The notes beneath the pieces were generated by a model. That model had not been told where the DNA came from, did not search any database, and worked only from the letters and a program-made list of their open reading frames with translations. Positions 24,335 through 36,760 of a stretch of DNA of 64,000 nucleotides are shown one piece after another. Numbering within the stretch: the stretch's first letter is position 1; each line of letters starts with the position of its first letter. Source of the DNA: Lama glama (Eukaryota). The translations under genes were made by a program, and so were the position numbers. The DNA lies in the NCBI GenBank assembly GCA_028534125.1, contig CM052817.1:9798001-9862000 (forward strand), read 5' to 3'.

Positions 24335-25470
24335 ACAACCAAGATGTCCTTCAGTAGGTGACCAGAAAAATAAACTGTGGTCCATCCAGACAATAGAATA
24401 TTATTCAGTGTTTTTTTTTTTTTTTGAAGTGGATTGGTTTTTTTTTCTTAAATGTTTTTGTTGAAATATAGCCAGTTTACAATGTTGTGTCAATTTTTGG
24501 TGTACAGCACAATGTTTCAGTCATATAGGAACATACATATATTTGCTTTCATATTCTTTTTCACCATAAGTTACTTTGAAGTATTGAATGTAGTTCCCTG
24601 TGCTATACAGTAGGTCCTTGTTGTTTATCTATTTTATGTATAGTAGTTAGTATATGGAAAGCTTGAACTCCCAATTTATCCCTTCCCACCCTCTTCCCCC
24701 TGGAACTGTAAGTTTATTTTATATGTCTGTGAGTCTGTTTCTGTTTTGTAAATACGTTCATTTGTCTTTTTTTTTTTAAGATTCCACATATGAGTGATAT
24801 TATATGGTATTTTTCTTTCTCTTTCTGGCTTACTTCACACAGAATGACATTCTCTAGCTCCATCCATGTTGCTGCAAATGGCATCACTTTATTCTTTTCT
24901 ATGGCTGAGTAGTATTCCATTGTACTATTCAGTACTTAAAAAAAAAAAAAAAGCTACCAAGCCATGAAAAGATGTGGAGAAACCTTCAATGCAGGTTACT
25001 AAGTGAAAGAAGCCAATTTGAAAAGGCTCTGTGTTATATGATTCCAACCATGAGGCATCCTGAAGAAGAGGAAACTATGAAGACAGTAAGGAGATTAGTG
25101 GTTGCCACAGGTCAGGAGGAGAGAGGTGTTGGATAGGAGCTCAGAGGATTTTTAGGGCCACGAATTTATTCTGAGACTATAATGGTGGTTACGTGTCATT
25201 ATATGTTTGTCAAAACCTGTTCAATATACACCAAGGATCAGTCCTACCGTGAACTGTGGCCTCTGGGTGATTACGATGTGTCCACATAGGCTTATCGATT
25301 GCAACAGATGCGCCTCTGATGGAGGAGGGTGACGGTGGGGGGGGGGCGCTGTGGGTGTGGGTGGGGGAGGGGCATATGGGCGCTCATCACTTTCTGCTCA
25401 AATCTGCTATGACTCTAAAACTGCTCTAAACACTTGTTTACTCAAAAAAAAAAAGAAAGAAAGAAAAGAA
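24335..25470 (+). mobile_element. Older L1 3' end containing a younger antisense L1 (24410-24925)
   Basis: Nested copy encodes MEYYSAIEKNKVMPFAATWMELE and is flanked by TATTCAGT repeats (24402-24409, 24926-24933). Confidence 0.85.
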
Positions 25471-28400
25471 AAACAAAATTAAAGAGTCAGTGAATGATAT
25501 TCAATACCCTTCCTTTCTATGAATTCTGTCTGGGGCTTTCTTTTGAGTTTTGGGTTTGTTTGATTTGTTTTTAGCTGCTCTGAAAAATGCTAGGTTGAGA
25601 GAACATCACAGCACGGCTGCCTCTGCGACATTCAAGGCTGTGTTTCTCCTCCCAGCTGAGATATTTGACCTTTAGCTTTCTTTGTGTTGGAACCTAAGAA
25701 AGGAAGGTACAAGTGTCTCCGGGAATCAAGCAAACATCTTGTAAGAAAACGTGTTGAGAAAAATTTGGCTTGGATTTTGGGGCTGTTCAGGGTGGTTTGA
25801 AATGCGTATGCGGAAGGACTAGTGTATAAACTTTACTCAAGTTGCTATGAGTGGGCTCCACTGGAAGTCAGTGAGTGTGCTGTTCTATTGTTTTTGAAAT
25901 TCAGCATCTATTCCCCCTTCTCCTAGTGACGAAATCCGATTTTCCTGTGGGGAACTTCCCTGGCTCTCCTCTCACCCGCATGGGGCTCCACTCCCCAGTT
26001 CAGGCAGCAGGAGACTCAGACCTAACATAACCTAAGTGTGCGAGCCCCTGGCCACGGTGACTAGAGCTTAATGGTGAAGATTTTCTTAAGCGACTGGAAT
26101 GAAGTGGAGTGTGTGTGTGTGTGTGTGTGTTTTCTCAGCTGAGAGACAGCAGAACACGGAGGAGCACGCATTCTGGGACCCATGGCCTGGGCTTGAATCC
26201 CAGTTGCCCAGTTCTGCTACCCGCTGACTTGGTGACACCGGGTAAGTCACTTACTCTTCCTGGGTCTCAGTCCTCCCTTGTAAACGAGGCCGAGAGCCAC
26301 CCTACCTCATGGGGTTGTTACGGGGGTTGAACAGGTCAATATTTGCAAAGCCTGGCGTGATGTTCATCTCCTCGACATTTTCACTTGGGTGTGTAACGGA
26401 CATCTAAATTTAACATGTGCCAAATGAATCCTCCTTCCATTGTCTTCCTCAACTCAGTTAATGATATCTCCATCCTTCCAGTTGCTCAAACCAAAATCCT
26501 TGAAGTGATCTTCGACCTCTTTCTTTGTCTCTTTACCCCAGACACAAATGCTGTCAGTTCTACCTTCAAAATACATCGAGAAATCAACCAACAGAAGCTG
26601 ATGTCAACCTGTTTCAAGCCACCATCTCCTCTTGCCCGGAGTACGGCACTGACATCCTCTGGAACGGTCTCCCTGCCTCTGCCCTCGCCCCACTTTAGTT
26701 TGCTCTCCACAAGCAGCCAGAGTGAGCCTGATACAATAAAGTCAGAAGACGTCACTCTTCTGCGCTGTGAGTGGCCCCTCTCCGCGCCCTCACACGTGCC
26801 ATCACACCTCTAGCCTCTTCCCCTACTTCCTCCCATCTTGCTCTTTCTGCACCAGGCACTCCTTAGTCGACCTTTGCTCTTCTTTCAGCATACCCGGTGT
26901 TCAGTGGTTGATCTTCTCTTCCTTCTCGGGGAAGCCTGCTTCCCCAGAAGCCATGTGGTTCCCTCACCTTTTACAGACCTTTATTCAAATTCCACCTTCT
27001 CAGGGAGACCTTCCCTGTCCCTCACTCCAATGTTGCAACCCTTCCTTCCCCAGCTCATCCCCTTCCCTGCTCATTTTGTCTCTCAGCCTTCATCGCTACC
27101 CCACATAGGCTGTAGTTTACTGACATATCTTGTCTGTTCTGTCTGCCCTCCATTAGAATAGAAACTCCACAGGGATTACATGTTTTAAACTGCGCTATAC
27201 CTAGTGCCTAAAGCAGTGCATGGGGCCTTAAACTTACATAGTGATATAGGTCAATTATTTCTCAATAAAACTGGAAAAAGTTAAAATAAATGAAACAGTT
27301 CATGGAACACAGCGAGTGCTCAGTATGCTCAGTGAAGGTTTCATGCATGAATGGAAGAGTAAACGAATGAAAGAAAAAAGATTTGCGTTAAAGTGTGACA
27401 TTCATCAACACACAGTTTGGCTGCTAGCCAAGAAAAAGACTGCTTCATATTAAAGTCTAGTGCAGGGCAAAGAAGAATGAGAAAACTGACTCCCCCCCAA
27501 AAAAACCAATCAGGAAGTACAAGGTGCCCTTGGAAACTCACACTAAGCATGAAAACGCTTGCAAGAGATTCTCGACATAAGGTGTGGACGCTGTCACCTG
27601 ACAGATTAAGGAGATCACACAACTAACTATGTGCAGGAGGTGGAGGGTGAGAACTGAGATGCTACTGAGTCTGTCAGGCTGAGGTTAGCCCTCACCGAGG
27701 AAGTGTCTGAGAAGCTGACTTATTACAACAAGCAAGCCAGTGCACGCTACCAGGAAGTGCAGACAGCCAGGTGAATTAAACACATTTCAAGGCATTCTGC
27801 CGAGTTCACTGAAAGTGCACAAGAAAGAGTGAATGAGGTGGCCGTGCTCAGTTTCAGGATGCGGGAGGAGAGGTCATGCAGTGTTCCTTTTCACAAGCCT
27901 GCTAGAAGGAAACAACAGCCCAGATGAGAGGCTGTGGTGTGTCTGACACCAATGAGTGTGCTTTTCTGTTGTGTTTGGTATTCAGCATCAATCAGCCTTC
28001 TTCTGATTGGAGGAGGTACAAAACCCGTTAGGGAAACAAACGCCTTTCTAGGAAAACAGGTCCACCCTGAGCTTCCCGGGGGCGCTCCGGCTGCCACGGG
28101 CACACGCCCAAGAACGTGATTCCAGAAGTTCCCCCTCTGGACCACAGATCCTCTGCAAGGACAGGCTGAATCTGTCAACTCTGGGCCAGCGCATAGTGAT
28201 ATTAACTATCTGTTGCCACTATCTGTTGCCTAATGACACAGAGGTAGACAGGCTTGAGATGAGGTTGTCTAAGTCATGGCTTACCTTTCTAAGCCTCTGA
28301 TTTCTCATTTGTAATATGGGAAGAATAACATGCTTCCACGAAGGCAGCATAACAGGGGGGTTGTACACAACGTACGTGACACGAACTGATGTTAGCAGCT

Positions 28401-28970
28401 ATTGCTGGAGGAGGGAAAGAGAGAACTATGTGGTTGATGGTAGCCTCTCCCCTCCCCTCCCTTCAACACTGCGCTTTACCACCCAGTCGATGAACAACAG
28501 ATGCTCGCCGATGGATGGGCTTTAGCTGGTCAATCTGGTGGAGACCTTGGACCAACTTGTTTCTCCATCCTCGGCAGGTGATCAGTTGTTGTCACCAGGG
28601 CTGAACTGTGAGAGAGGGAACTATCCATTCTGCAGGCATTACCTGAGTGCCAGGGGCATACTAGGCACTGTTCTGGGGCAGGACTAAGAGGGGCAGGAGC
28701 GTTCACGGAGCTGGCCTGCTGGTGAGAGGAATGAGGAGAGGAGAAAGCCCCATTTCTAGAGGCTCTTCCTGGGAAGTTGGCTGCTCTTTGCTTCACACCC
28801 TCAGGTTCTTACAGCCAGGCCGAGCACAGGGAGATCACAGGACAAGATGCAGAGCTTAAAGAGCTACCAAGGGGTGGAGAGTTGGGATCTGAGCCTGGAC
28901 TCTATGTTTTGGGAGAAGAAATACAGCCTGGAAGGGGCCATGTATGGACAATGAAGTGGAAAGAGCAGAA

Positions 28971-29016
<46 letters not shown>

Positions 29017-32000
29017 AATATTATAGATTACCACTACTTTTAAAACGGTCAGAGATTTAAAAAAATAAGGCTGGAAGGAGAGATACCAAAATGCTAATGG
29101 TAGCTGGGTTAGCATTTTGACATGCAAGTGGAGGCAAGTTTCTTCTTTTCTCTATTTCCAATTTTTACGTGAATGATTTAAAAATGACTAATGAAGTTGA
29201 CCAAGGAAAGACAGCTTGAAACTCGCATTCCAGGAGCCGCACTTTAGCCAGTTGTGCGGCCCGGAGGTCGACACTCTTCTGCGCCAGCCGTCCTGACACC
29301 CACGCTCAGTTCACCCTCCAGTTCTGTCTAAACGTCTTTCTTCTCTTTTTGTGAACCTCGCTTGCCCTTCCACAGCCTCATCTGGTGTCACTGTCTTTTC
29401 AAAGTCTCCCTAAAATCTGCTCTGACTCACCGCGCTCCTCCTGCCCGCACGCAGCTGTCCCAGTATCAGTGTCTGTTTGTTGAATACTTGCTGGCGCCAG
29501 ACGCTTAGCTAAAGCCTCTTTGTGCGTTCATTACCTGATTCACTGCTCAAAAGAAGTCAGTGATGCCAACAGATATTTTTAAGTTCACTCTACAGGAGAG
29601 GAACTTTCCTTTAGAGAAATTTTGTTAGTTGCCCAAGTGGCAGAGCCCACTCAGGGATGCTCGACCAGAAAGCTTGTCTTCCTTTTTTTTTTTTTCCTTT
29701 TGATCTTGATTTCTATTGTTATAACTATGGTTAAGAATATGGGCAATTAAATTTCCACCCTGGGAAGTACATTGAGATCTTTTTTCAATTTTTTTTTTTG
29801 AGGGTGGAGGGGTTGGGCTTTTTTCCCTCATTGAAGTATAATTGACAAACAATATTGTGTCAGTTTCAAGTGTACAGCAAAGTGGTTCAGGTGTATACAT
29901 ATAATTTTTTTCAAATTATTTTCCATTATAAAATCAATCCCCACTTTAACCTGATGAGTAGGCATTATATTGTGTCCATTTTACAGATGAGAAAACTGAA
30001 ATTCAAAAAGGTAATTTGCCCTAAATCATAGGATACCCAGACGGTGTGCAGGGAGGGTGCTTACTTTCTGTGCATTTGTTATCTTCTTCACCAAGGGCAT
30101 ACCAGGATGCTCGACCTTCACAGCTGAACACTTAACTGCAGAAAGATGGACTAGAAAATTAACTGCAGAAAGACCGACTAGAAAGTGAGAGGGTTCACAA
30201 ACCCTGTGACTTAGCAGGGGCACAGGACTCTAAGGTCCTTTTAGAGATTATTTTCTCGAGTGTTTGCTGCACTTAACAGGAAGAAATTAAATGCTGAAGT
30301 GTTCCCCAAGTAATCTGAAACTGTAACTGTGTGGGTGTGTGGGTGTGTGGGTGTGTGGGTGTGAGTGCCAATTGGTACAACCTCTTCCTCTCGTTGACTG
30401 GCAATTTATCTTGCAAACTTTTAAATGGTTGTGCCATTTGATCCAGAAAAATCTCCTTCTAGGCGTGTATATACTTGGACATGTGAAAAAATATGCTGAC
30501 ACCAGAACCCCAATATTTAATGCAGTCAGAAAGGATTGGAAAGCCTGAGTGTCCGCTGACGTGGGCCTAGTTGAATACAACGTGGTATCCTATACAGTGG
30601 AATATGAGGGGTCATTTAGAAGAATTACGTTGAGCAATAGGTGCTGACAGGGAATGTCTTCCAAACACATCACTAAGAAAAGCCAGGTGCACGAGCGGGC
30701 ATGCAATATGCTGTATTTTCATGAAAAAATGAAAGCCTGTCTCTGTCTGGACGTACCTAAATGAATACTGCTTGTTCATTACTGCAGTAAGAGGGAAGCC
30801 CAGGACAGGAGAAAGAATGATTTTCTACATATTTCCTTTGTTTTGTTTGACTTTTATTCCATGTGTACTTATCTCATTTATTATTGAAAACAAATACCAT
30901 TTTAAAGGGGGTTGTTTTTAGCAGGTCTTAAATGTTATGATACCACTGAAGGTTCAGTTCAACAAAGAACAGGTGGCAGTAACTGATTTTAGATCTTGGA
31001 CAATATTCACTACAAAAGAAAGTCCACACCCAGGAGAAGTGGGTGGAGGAAGGCAGGGAACACAGCAAGGTCAGAGATCAGGGAAATGAATCCACAGGCA
31101 AAACCAGCATTTCTCATCCAATAACCATATTACTCCGTGTAGATCTGGGATTGTGAGAACAACCTTATGAATGCAGTTTGGAAATGGAACACTGGGTGCC
31201 AGAAATAAGACTCTGGTCCATAATTCATGCATTGATTTGATCAACCAGCACTTGCAGATGCCAACTTGAGTCTCAAGATACTGACAGAATAAACTCTAAT
31301 TCCTGTAGACCTAGCTCTGAGCAAATGCCTGATCTAGTTGAAGAAGACATCTTGAAGAAATTCTCAGAGGATGTGTTCCTGGGCTGGGCGGTCCAGACCA
31401 GAGCCTTTGGGCTCTGTATTGCCCCAGGAGATCCACTCACCCATGTCGTTCTGCTAGGAGAGTGTACAACTGGGAGACCTAACTCAGTTTGAGAGCCACA
31501 TGGGGTCAGAAAGGCTTCCTGAGGAAGCTCATTGAAGGAGATCAGTAGGAAGCAGGGTGAGGGTGGGAAGGACAGAGCATCTGTGAAGGCCCAGCGTCAG
31601 GCAAGAGCTTGTGCTGCTGGGGACGGAGAGAGGGCTCCCAGGACTGGAGTGTCTTGGGCGTTGAGGAGCGAGGTCCCCATGGAGGCTCTTGGCTTATGTG
31701 CCCACTTGCTTTGTCTAGAAAAGAAGAAGGTGAAATAATCAGAGTTAGGTTTCAAAAGCCACATCTTCACAAAGGGTGGCTTAAAAGAAAGCCACCACCC
31801 TGGCTGTGGTGGAGAGAATGGTTGGAGGAGGTATGGGGGAGCGCATTTGGGGAGGATGGTGGGGCAGCTCTACCTAGGTGAGAGAGAACGTGGACTTTCT
31901 CTTGGCCTAAGCTCATGGTGGAGATGAATAAGGCGAATATTTAATGAATAATTTCCAGAGGGATGTGTAGGGTGAGGAAGAGGGAAGGGTCAAAGAAGAA

Positions 32001-32347
32001 TTGGAAGTTCCTAGCTTGAGCAACAGGGGTGGGGGGGTAGGGAATAGGGGAAAGTGGGTTCTTTGAACTGAAATTCAAAAGACCACAAAAGGAGATGGCT
32101 GGAAGGAGGAAGAGGAGCAGATGAGTTTTGGATGGAGTGGTCTGCAAGTAGAGCTGTTCCCTCCTCCATCAATTCTGGCCCCACCAGGACCTCCCAGCCA
32201 TGGGTCTCTCAGCTTTTTACCGTCTCACACTTCCCTTCGCCCTCCCTTCAGTTCCTGTGGGCCTCAGGTGCTGCGGCCCATGATTACAATCCTTTGTGCA
32301 AGCTTTCAACTTCTTTGCTTTTCTCTCCCTCCATTGTGCTTACTCGG

Positions 32348-32732
32348 TGTTATGGGCTAGATGGTGTCCCCCAAATTCATATGTTGAAGTCCTAACCCCC
32401 AGTACTTCCGAAGGTGACTGGATTTGGAGATGAGGCTTTAAAGAGGTAGTTAAGTTAGAACAAGGTCATTGGGGTGGGCTCTAACCCAACATGACTGACA
32501 TTTTTGTGAGAAGAGGATGTTTGAACATGGACACGGGAAACACAAAGGGAAGACCCTGTGAGGACACAGCGGGAGAGAAGACAGCCAGCACCCCCCAGGG
32601 CCAGAGTCCTCAGAGGAAATCAACCCACCAACACCTTCATCTCAGACTTCTAGCTTCCAGACTGTGGTACAATAAATTTGTTGAAGTTTAAGCCACAGTA
32701 GACTTCATGGCTTTGCTCTGGTAGCCCTAGTA
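32348..32732 (+). mobile_element. MaLR LTR (MLT1B/C-like)
   Basis: TGTTATGGGCT...GTCCCCCAAATTCATATGTTGAAGTCCTAACCCCCAGTAC...AATAAATT motifs. Confidence 0.85.
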
Positions 32733-33989
32733 AAGAAATGCCCCCCTGCAAACCACAGTTCCATCAGATCCAACTCCCTTCCTGCATTCCCGCTTTTGTT
32801 CCAAACAGTGGGGAGTGAACCGACGAAAGGACACACCCTCGCTGACTGGCCTCTTTTGATTCCTGAGCCTTTGACGTCACCCTGGGAGCCTCTGGGCCCC
32901 TGCCCCATCCTCCCTCCCAGTCTCCGGAGCTGCCCTGTGCCCACCCACTCCCAGCAAGTGACCTCCTCCTTTCACTGAGAGCATTCAGAAGAAGCAGTCC
33001 ATGCGACGCTGTCAGCAAATCCACTAACCCTCTGGCCCCTAAAGCCCCGTCCTCCACCTTCCTTCCTCAAAGGGAGGAGCTCCCACCCCCACCCGCCTGT
33101 GCCCGGGATTCCTTCCACCTACACGCGAGCTTTTCGCTGCAGCATTTCCCTGTCTCCCACGTTATCAATTGTTGTCTGTCTGCTTGGTTATCCCATCATC
33201 GTACAAACAGACTGATACAGGTCTCTTCTCAATACAGTGTCCTCTGTTCCTTTTTACAGATCAACTCATCAAAAAAAAAAAAAAAGTCATCCAACTTACT
33301 GATGCCACCTTGCTTTCTCACATATGCTCCTCAGCCTACTCACATCCGGCTTTGTCCTCGACATTCCTGGAAAACGGCTCTTGCTGGTAGCACCAATAAC
33401 TCCCAAGTGATCCTCCCTCTGGTGTCAGGGGTCGCTCTGCCCAGTTCTCTTTGCTGGGCTCTGGTCATCTTTCTGAGCTCCATACAGGCATGCCCCACTG
33501 TCGAGGCTCTGGGACTCTTTCCTCCCATCTCTGCGCACACTTTTGACATGGTCTATTTATCCTCTTGGCTTTAAAAACTATCTGCAAGCTAAAGGCTCCC
33601 ATATGTAAGGCTTCAGTGCTGATTCCTTGCCTGAATTCTAGATGCTTATATCCAATTAGCTACTTGACGTCTCCGCTTAGGCATCCAACAGGCATTTCAA
33701 ACCTAACACCTCCAAGACCAGATTCTTGCTTCAAGCCTTTTCCCCCCAGACCAAATCTATTTCACCCTGGTTTCTCCCATTGCTATAAATGGCAGTGCTG
33801 TCTTTTCTCCAGTGAGCAACTCAGACCACAATTCCTTGAGTCATCTTAGACTCTTCTCTTTCTGGTAAACTCCACATCCAACTCATCAGCAAATCTTATT
33901 GCTTCTACTTTCAAACTGTACCTAGAATCCAGCTTCCTTTTTTCTTTGATGCTTTTTACTACTCTCCTGGTTAAAGTCACCATTACTGG

Positions 33990-34057
33990 TTTTCTTTCTT
34001 TCTCTTTCTTTCTTTCTCTTTCTTTCTTTCTTCCTTCCTTCCTTCCTTCCTTCCTTC

Positions 34058-34140
<83 letters not shown>

Positions 34141-34185
34141 TCCTCTCTTTCTTTCCTCTCTTTCTCTCTTTCCTTCTTTCTTTCT
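33990..34185. repeat. (CTTT)n/(CCTT)n polypyrimidine microsatellite
   Basis: Directly visible; adjoins a short L1-like 3' end. Confidence 0.95.
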
Positions 34186-35429
34186 CAAAGTATAGTTTAT
34201 TTACAATATTGTGTTAGTTTCTGGAGACAGCACAGTGATTCAGTTATACATTATATGTATAATATATGTATATATATATATACACATACACATACAATGG
34301 ATAAAGGATACATATATCTTTTTTTCATATCCATCTTTCTGTCCTTACTTCCCTACAATTTATTCTCCATACAGAAGCCAGATTGAGCCTTTAAAATGCT
34401 GTGCCTGTTCAAGTCACTTAGTGACCTTGAATAGGTTAAAAATAAAATTCACAGTCCAAAAAGTCCTTATTTTGACCTTCTGCGACATAGGTGACCTGGT
34501 CTCCTGCTGCCCTCTGAACTTCTGCTTCCTTCAGTCCTGCATTACAGCTCCAATGGCCTCTTTGCTGCTCCTCAAACATGCCAAGGGGTTTTCTACTTCA
34601 GGGTATTTGCACCTGCCATTCCCTCTGTGTGGAAAACATTTGCCCCAGGAAGTTGTGTCGTTCGCTCTCTGCTGAAATGTCACAGATGCTCTTGGTGCTG
34701 AGGAACCCTAAGAGAGGAGATGCAGGGATGTCTGAGAAAAGCCACTGGTTTTATTGAACCACTACTGTGAGTGCTACATGCCACTTTTCCAAGCACACGT
34801 CATGCCCTCCACACCTCAGGGAGCAGGCAGTCACAGCTAACATTTACTGAGTGCTTTCCACATGCCAGGCATTCTGCTAAACGCTTCATATGTATAAACT
34901 CAACTAATTCTCATAACAACCCCATGAAGTGAGTCCTGCTATTGTCCCCACTTTCTGTCTGAAGCACAGAGAGTTCAAGCGACTTACCCAGCCAATGGGC
35001 AGCAGAGCTCAGTTTGGACCCAGAGCTTACGCTGATGCCATGGGAGAAGAGGCAAGGCTTAAGTGGAGCCTTTAAAGTTAACACAACAACGGTTTAAGTA
35101 GAGGTAGAACATTCTTTTGCGGGCAGGAAGTGTTGCTTGTACATAGGTACAGAGGCAGACAGCTGGCTTCACACTTTCCAGGAAGCAGGTGTGTGTGATA
35201 GCTGCTTATAAGCGCAGCTTGATAAAGTGAGCCTGCCGGTGAGTATAAGGCTATGCTGTCTGTTACTCGAGTGTCTGCCAAGTAAGGTCAAGGTAGCGGT
35301 TTCTCCCTGAAGATGAAGGGTCTGGGTCACTCTGCTCAGGAGTCTAGGCTGTAGTAGTTGCTGAAGGCTTTTAAGACCTTTAAATCCTTATTGGTCCAGC
35401 GGCCACGAACTTTGAAGGGGGTGGGGTTG

Positions 35430-35573
35430 GGGTGGGAAAGGAAACGGAGAAAAGGCAAATGACAGATAAAGGGGAAGTGCAGTTTCAGAACCCAACTAAC
35501 TCTCTCCTGCCTGCCTCCCCAGGCTCCACCAACCTCTTCTCCAGCTTCGTCCGGGGGACCCGCCTTGGACCCC
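35430..35573 (+). promoter_or_regulatory. CD38: CD38 core promoter and 5' UTR (TATA-less)
   Basis: GCAGTTTCAGAACCC at 35479 matches, from memory, the 5' end of human CD38 mRNA. It is preceded by a PU.1/ETS-type site AAAGGGGAAGTG (35468-35479), GATA site AGATAA (35464-35469) and IRF-like GAAAGGAAAC. Confidence 0.75.
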
Positions 35574-36760
35574 ATGGCCAACCACAGATTCAGCCCGGTG
35601 TCCGAAGGGAAGTCCTGCTGCGGAATCTCCAGGAGAGCCCAGATCTGTCTCTGCGTCTTTCTCTGTCTCCTGGTGGGGGTGATCATTGCGGTGGTGGCGG
35701 GAGTTCGGCTGTGGCACCAGCCGCTCAAGCACAGGGAGTGGAACGGAACCGGCAGCACTGCTCATTTTCAGGATATCTTCCTGGGGCGATGCTACATCTA
35801 CACTCAATTGGTGCAGCCGGAGTTCAGGTGAGTTGGCGTCTGTGGCGCTCCGCTGGGCACCGCGCACGGTGGTTACTGCGCACGGCTGGGCAGGGCTGGG
35901 CACAGCTGGACACCGCGCGCCCAGCAGCCGTCGGGATGGCAGAAATAAAGCATCTACTGTTCCGAGTCAGCTGAGAGCCCGCGGGGCAGTGCTGAGTAAG
36001 GAGTCGGGGCTCGCGATTCCGCGCGCCCCTCGCTAGAGCTGCGGGCGGTGGCACCCTGCGTGCCCGCCGGGAGCGCGCTGCTCCTTGGCAGCGTCGGCTC
36101 AGTTGGTGGACACTTGGCAGAGAGGTCCCGAGCCCGGCCCACTCGGGGCCGCAGTTCACCTCTGCGCCCACAGCCCCGCCGCAAGGACGAAAAATACCCG
36201 GGAGCCCGGGCTGTTGCTGGCGTTTCCCACTTTGCATGGGGTTTCTGTTCGCCGTCTCTGACCCAGAAGTGCGAAAGTGCCCAGATGACACCTGGTTAAG
36301 TGGCTTGCGGAGCCAGAGCGGAGTCTCACGGGCCAGATCACTGAAAATAGTTTCACATTAAGATAGAACACACAGTAAAGTGAATTCGCGGGATGAATCT
36401 GTACAGACCCTGGAAACGCCATCCATATCGGTGCCTGGAATCTTGCCCGACCAGCTACTAACCTCTCCCCAAAGTGAACTGCTTCCTTGATTTCCATTCC
36501 CGGGGCTTGGTTTCACTCGAAGAACTCTTTTTTTTTTTTTTGAAACTTCACATGAAATAGAGTAAGCTGGGAAGTAAAAAGTTGTTTCTCGGGCGGCCAA
36601 GGTGAGCAGGGCAGCCGCGATTTTAAGCTGAGTGCTCGAGATCTCAAAATTCTGCCTCCGAACGCCCGCACTTCCCGGGGAATGAGCCGAGAGACGCCCT
36701 CCGCTGCCCTCTTCCCCAGCCCCGCCTCCTGCGTGCGCTCAGAGGGTGGTTCTAACGCAG
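35545..36760. promoter_or_regulatory. CpG island over CD38 exon 1 and the 5' end of intron 1
   Basis: Visibly GC- and CpG-rich compared with the CpG-depleted flanks; same position as the known human CD38 island. Confidence 0.8.
35574..35827 (+). CDS. CD38: CD38 (ADP-ribosyl cyclase/cADPR hydrolase 1) coding exon 1: cytoplasmic tail, TM anchor and start of ectodomain
   Basis: Translates MANHRFSPVSEGKSCCGISRRAQICLCVFLCLLVGVIIAVVAG...WNGTGSTAHFQDIFLGRCYIYTQLVQPEFR, matching mammalian CD38 N-termini (human MANCEFSPVSGDKPCCRLSRRAQLCL...RC..YT..HPEMR). Kozak CCCATGG. Phase-2 donor AG|GTGAGT at 35827/35828, as in human exon 1. Confidence 0.96.

Noticed and set aside
25949..25960. NF-kB-like GGGGAACTTCCC
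   Set aside because: Isolated imperfect motif in MaLR-like sequence with no supporting context.
1..35400. BST1 exons expected upstream of CD38 by synteny
   Set aside because: No BST1-like peptide recognised; the gene probably lies left of the window.
35336..36497. Overlapping 110-180 aa ORFs on both strands around CD38 exon 1
   Set aside because: Expected stop-codon scarcity in a CpG island; no recognisable protein.
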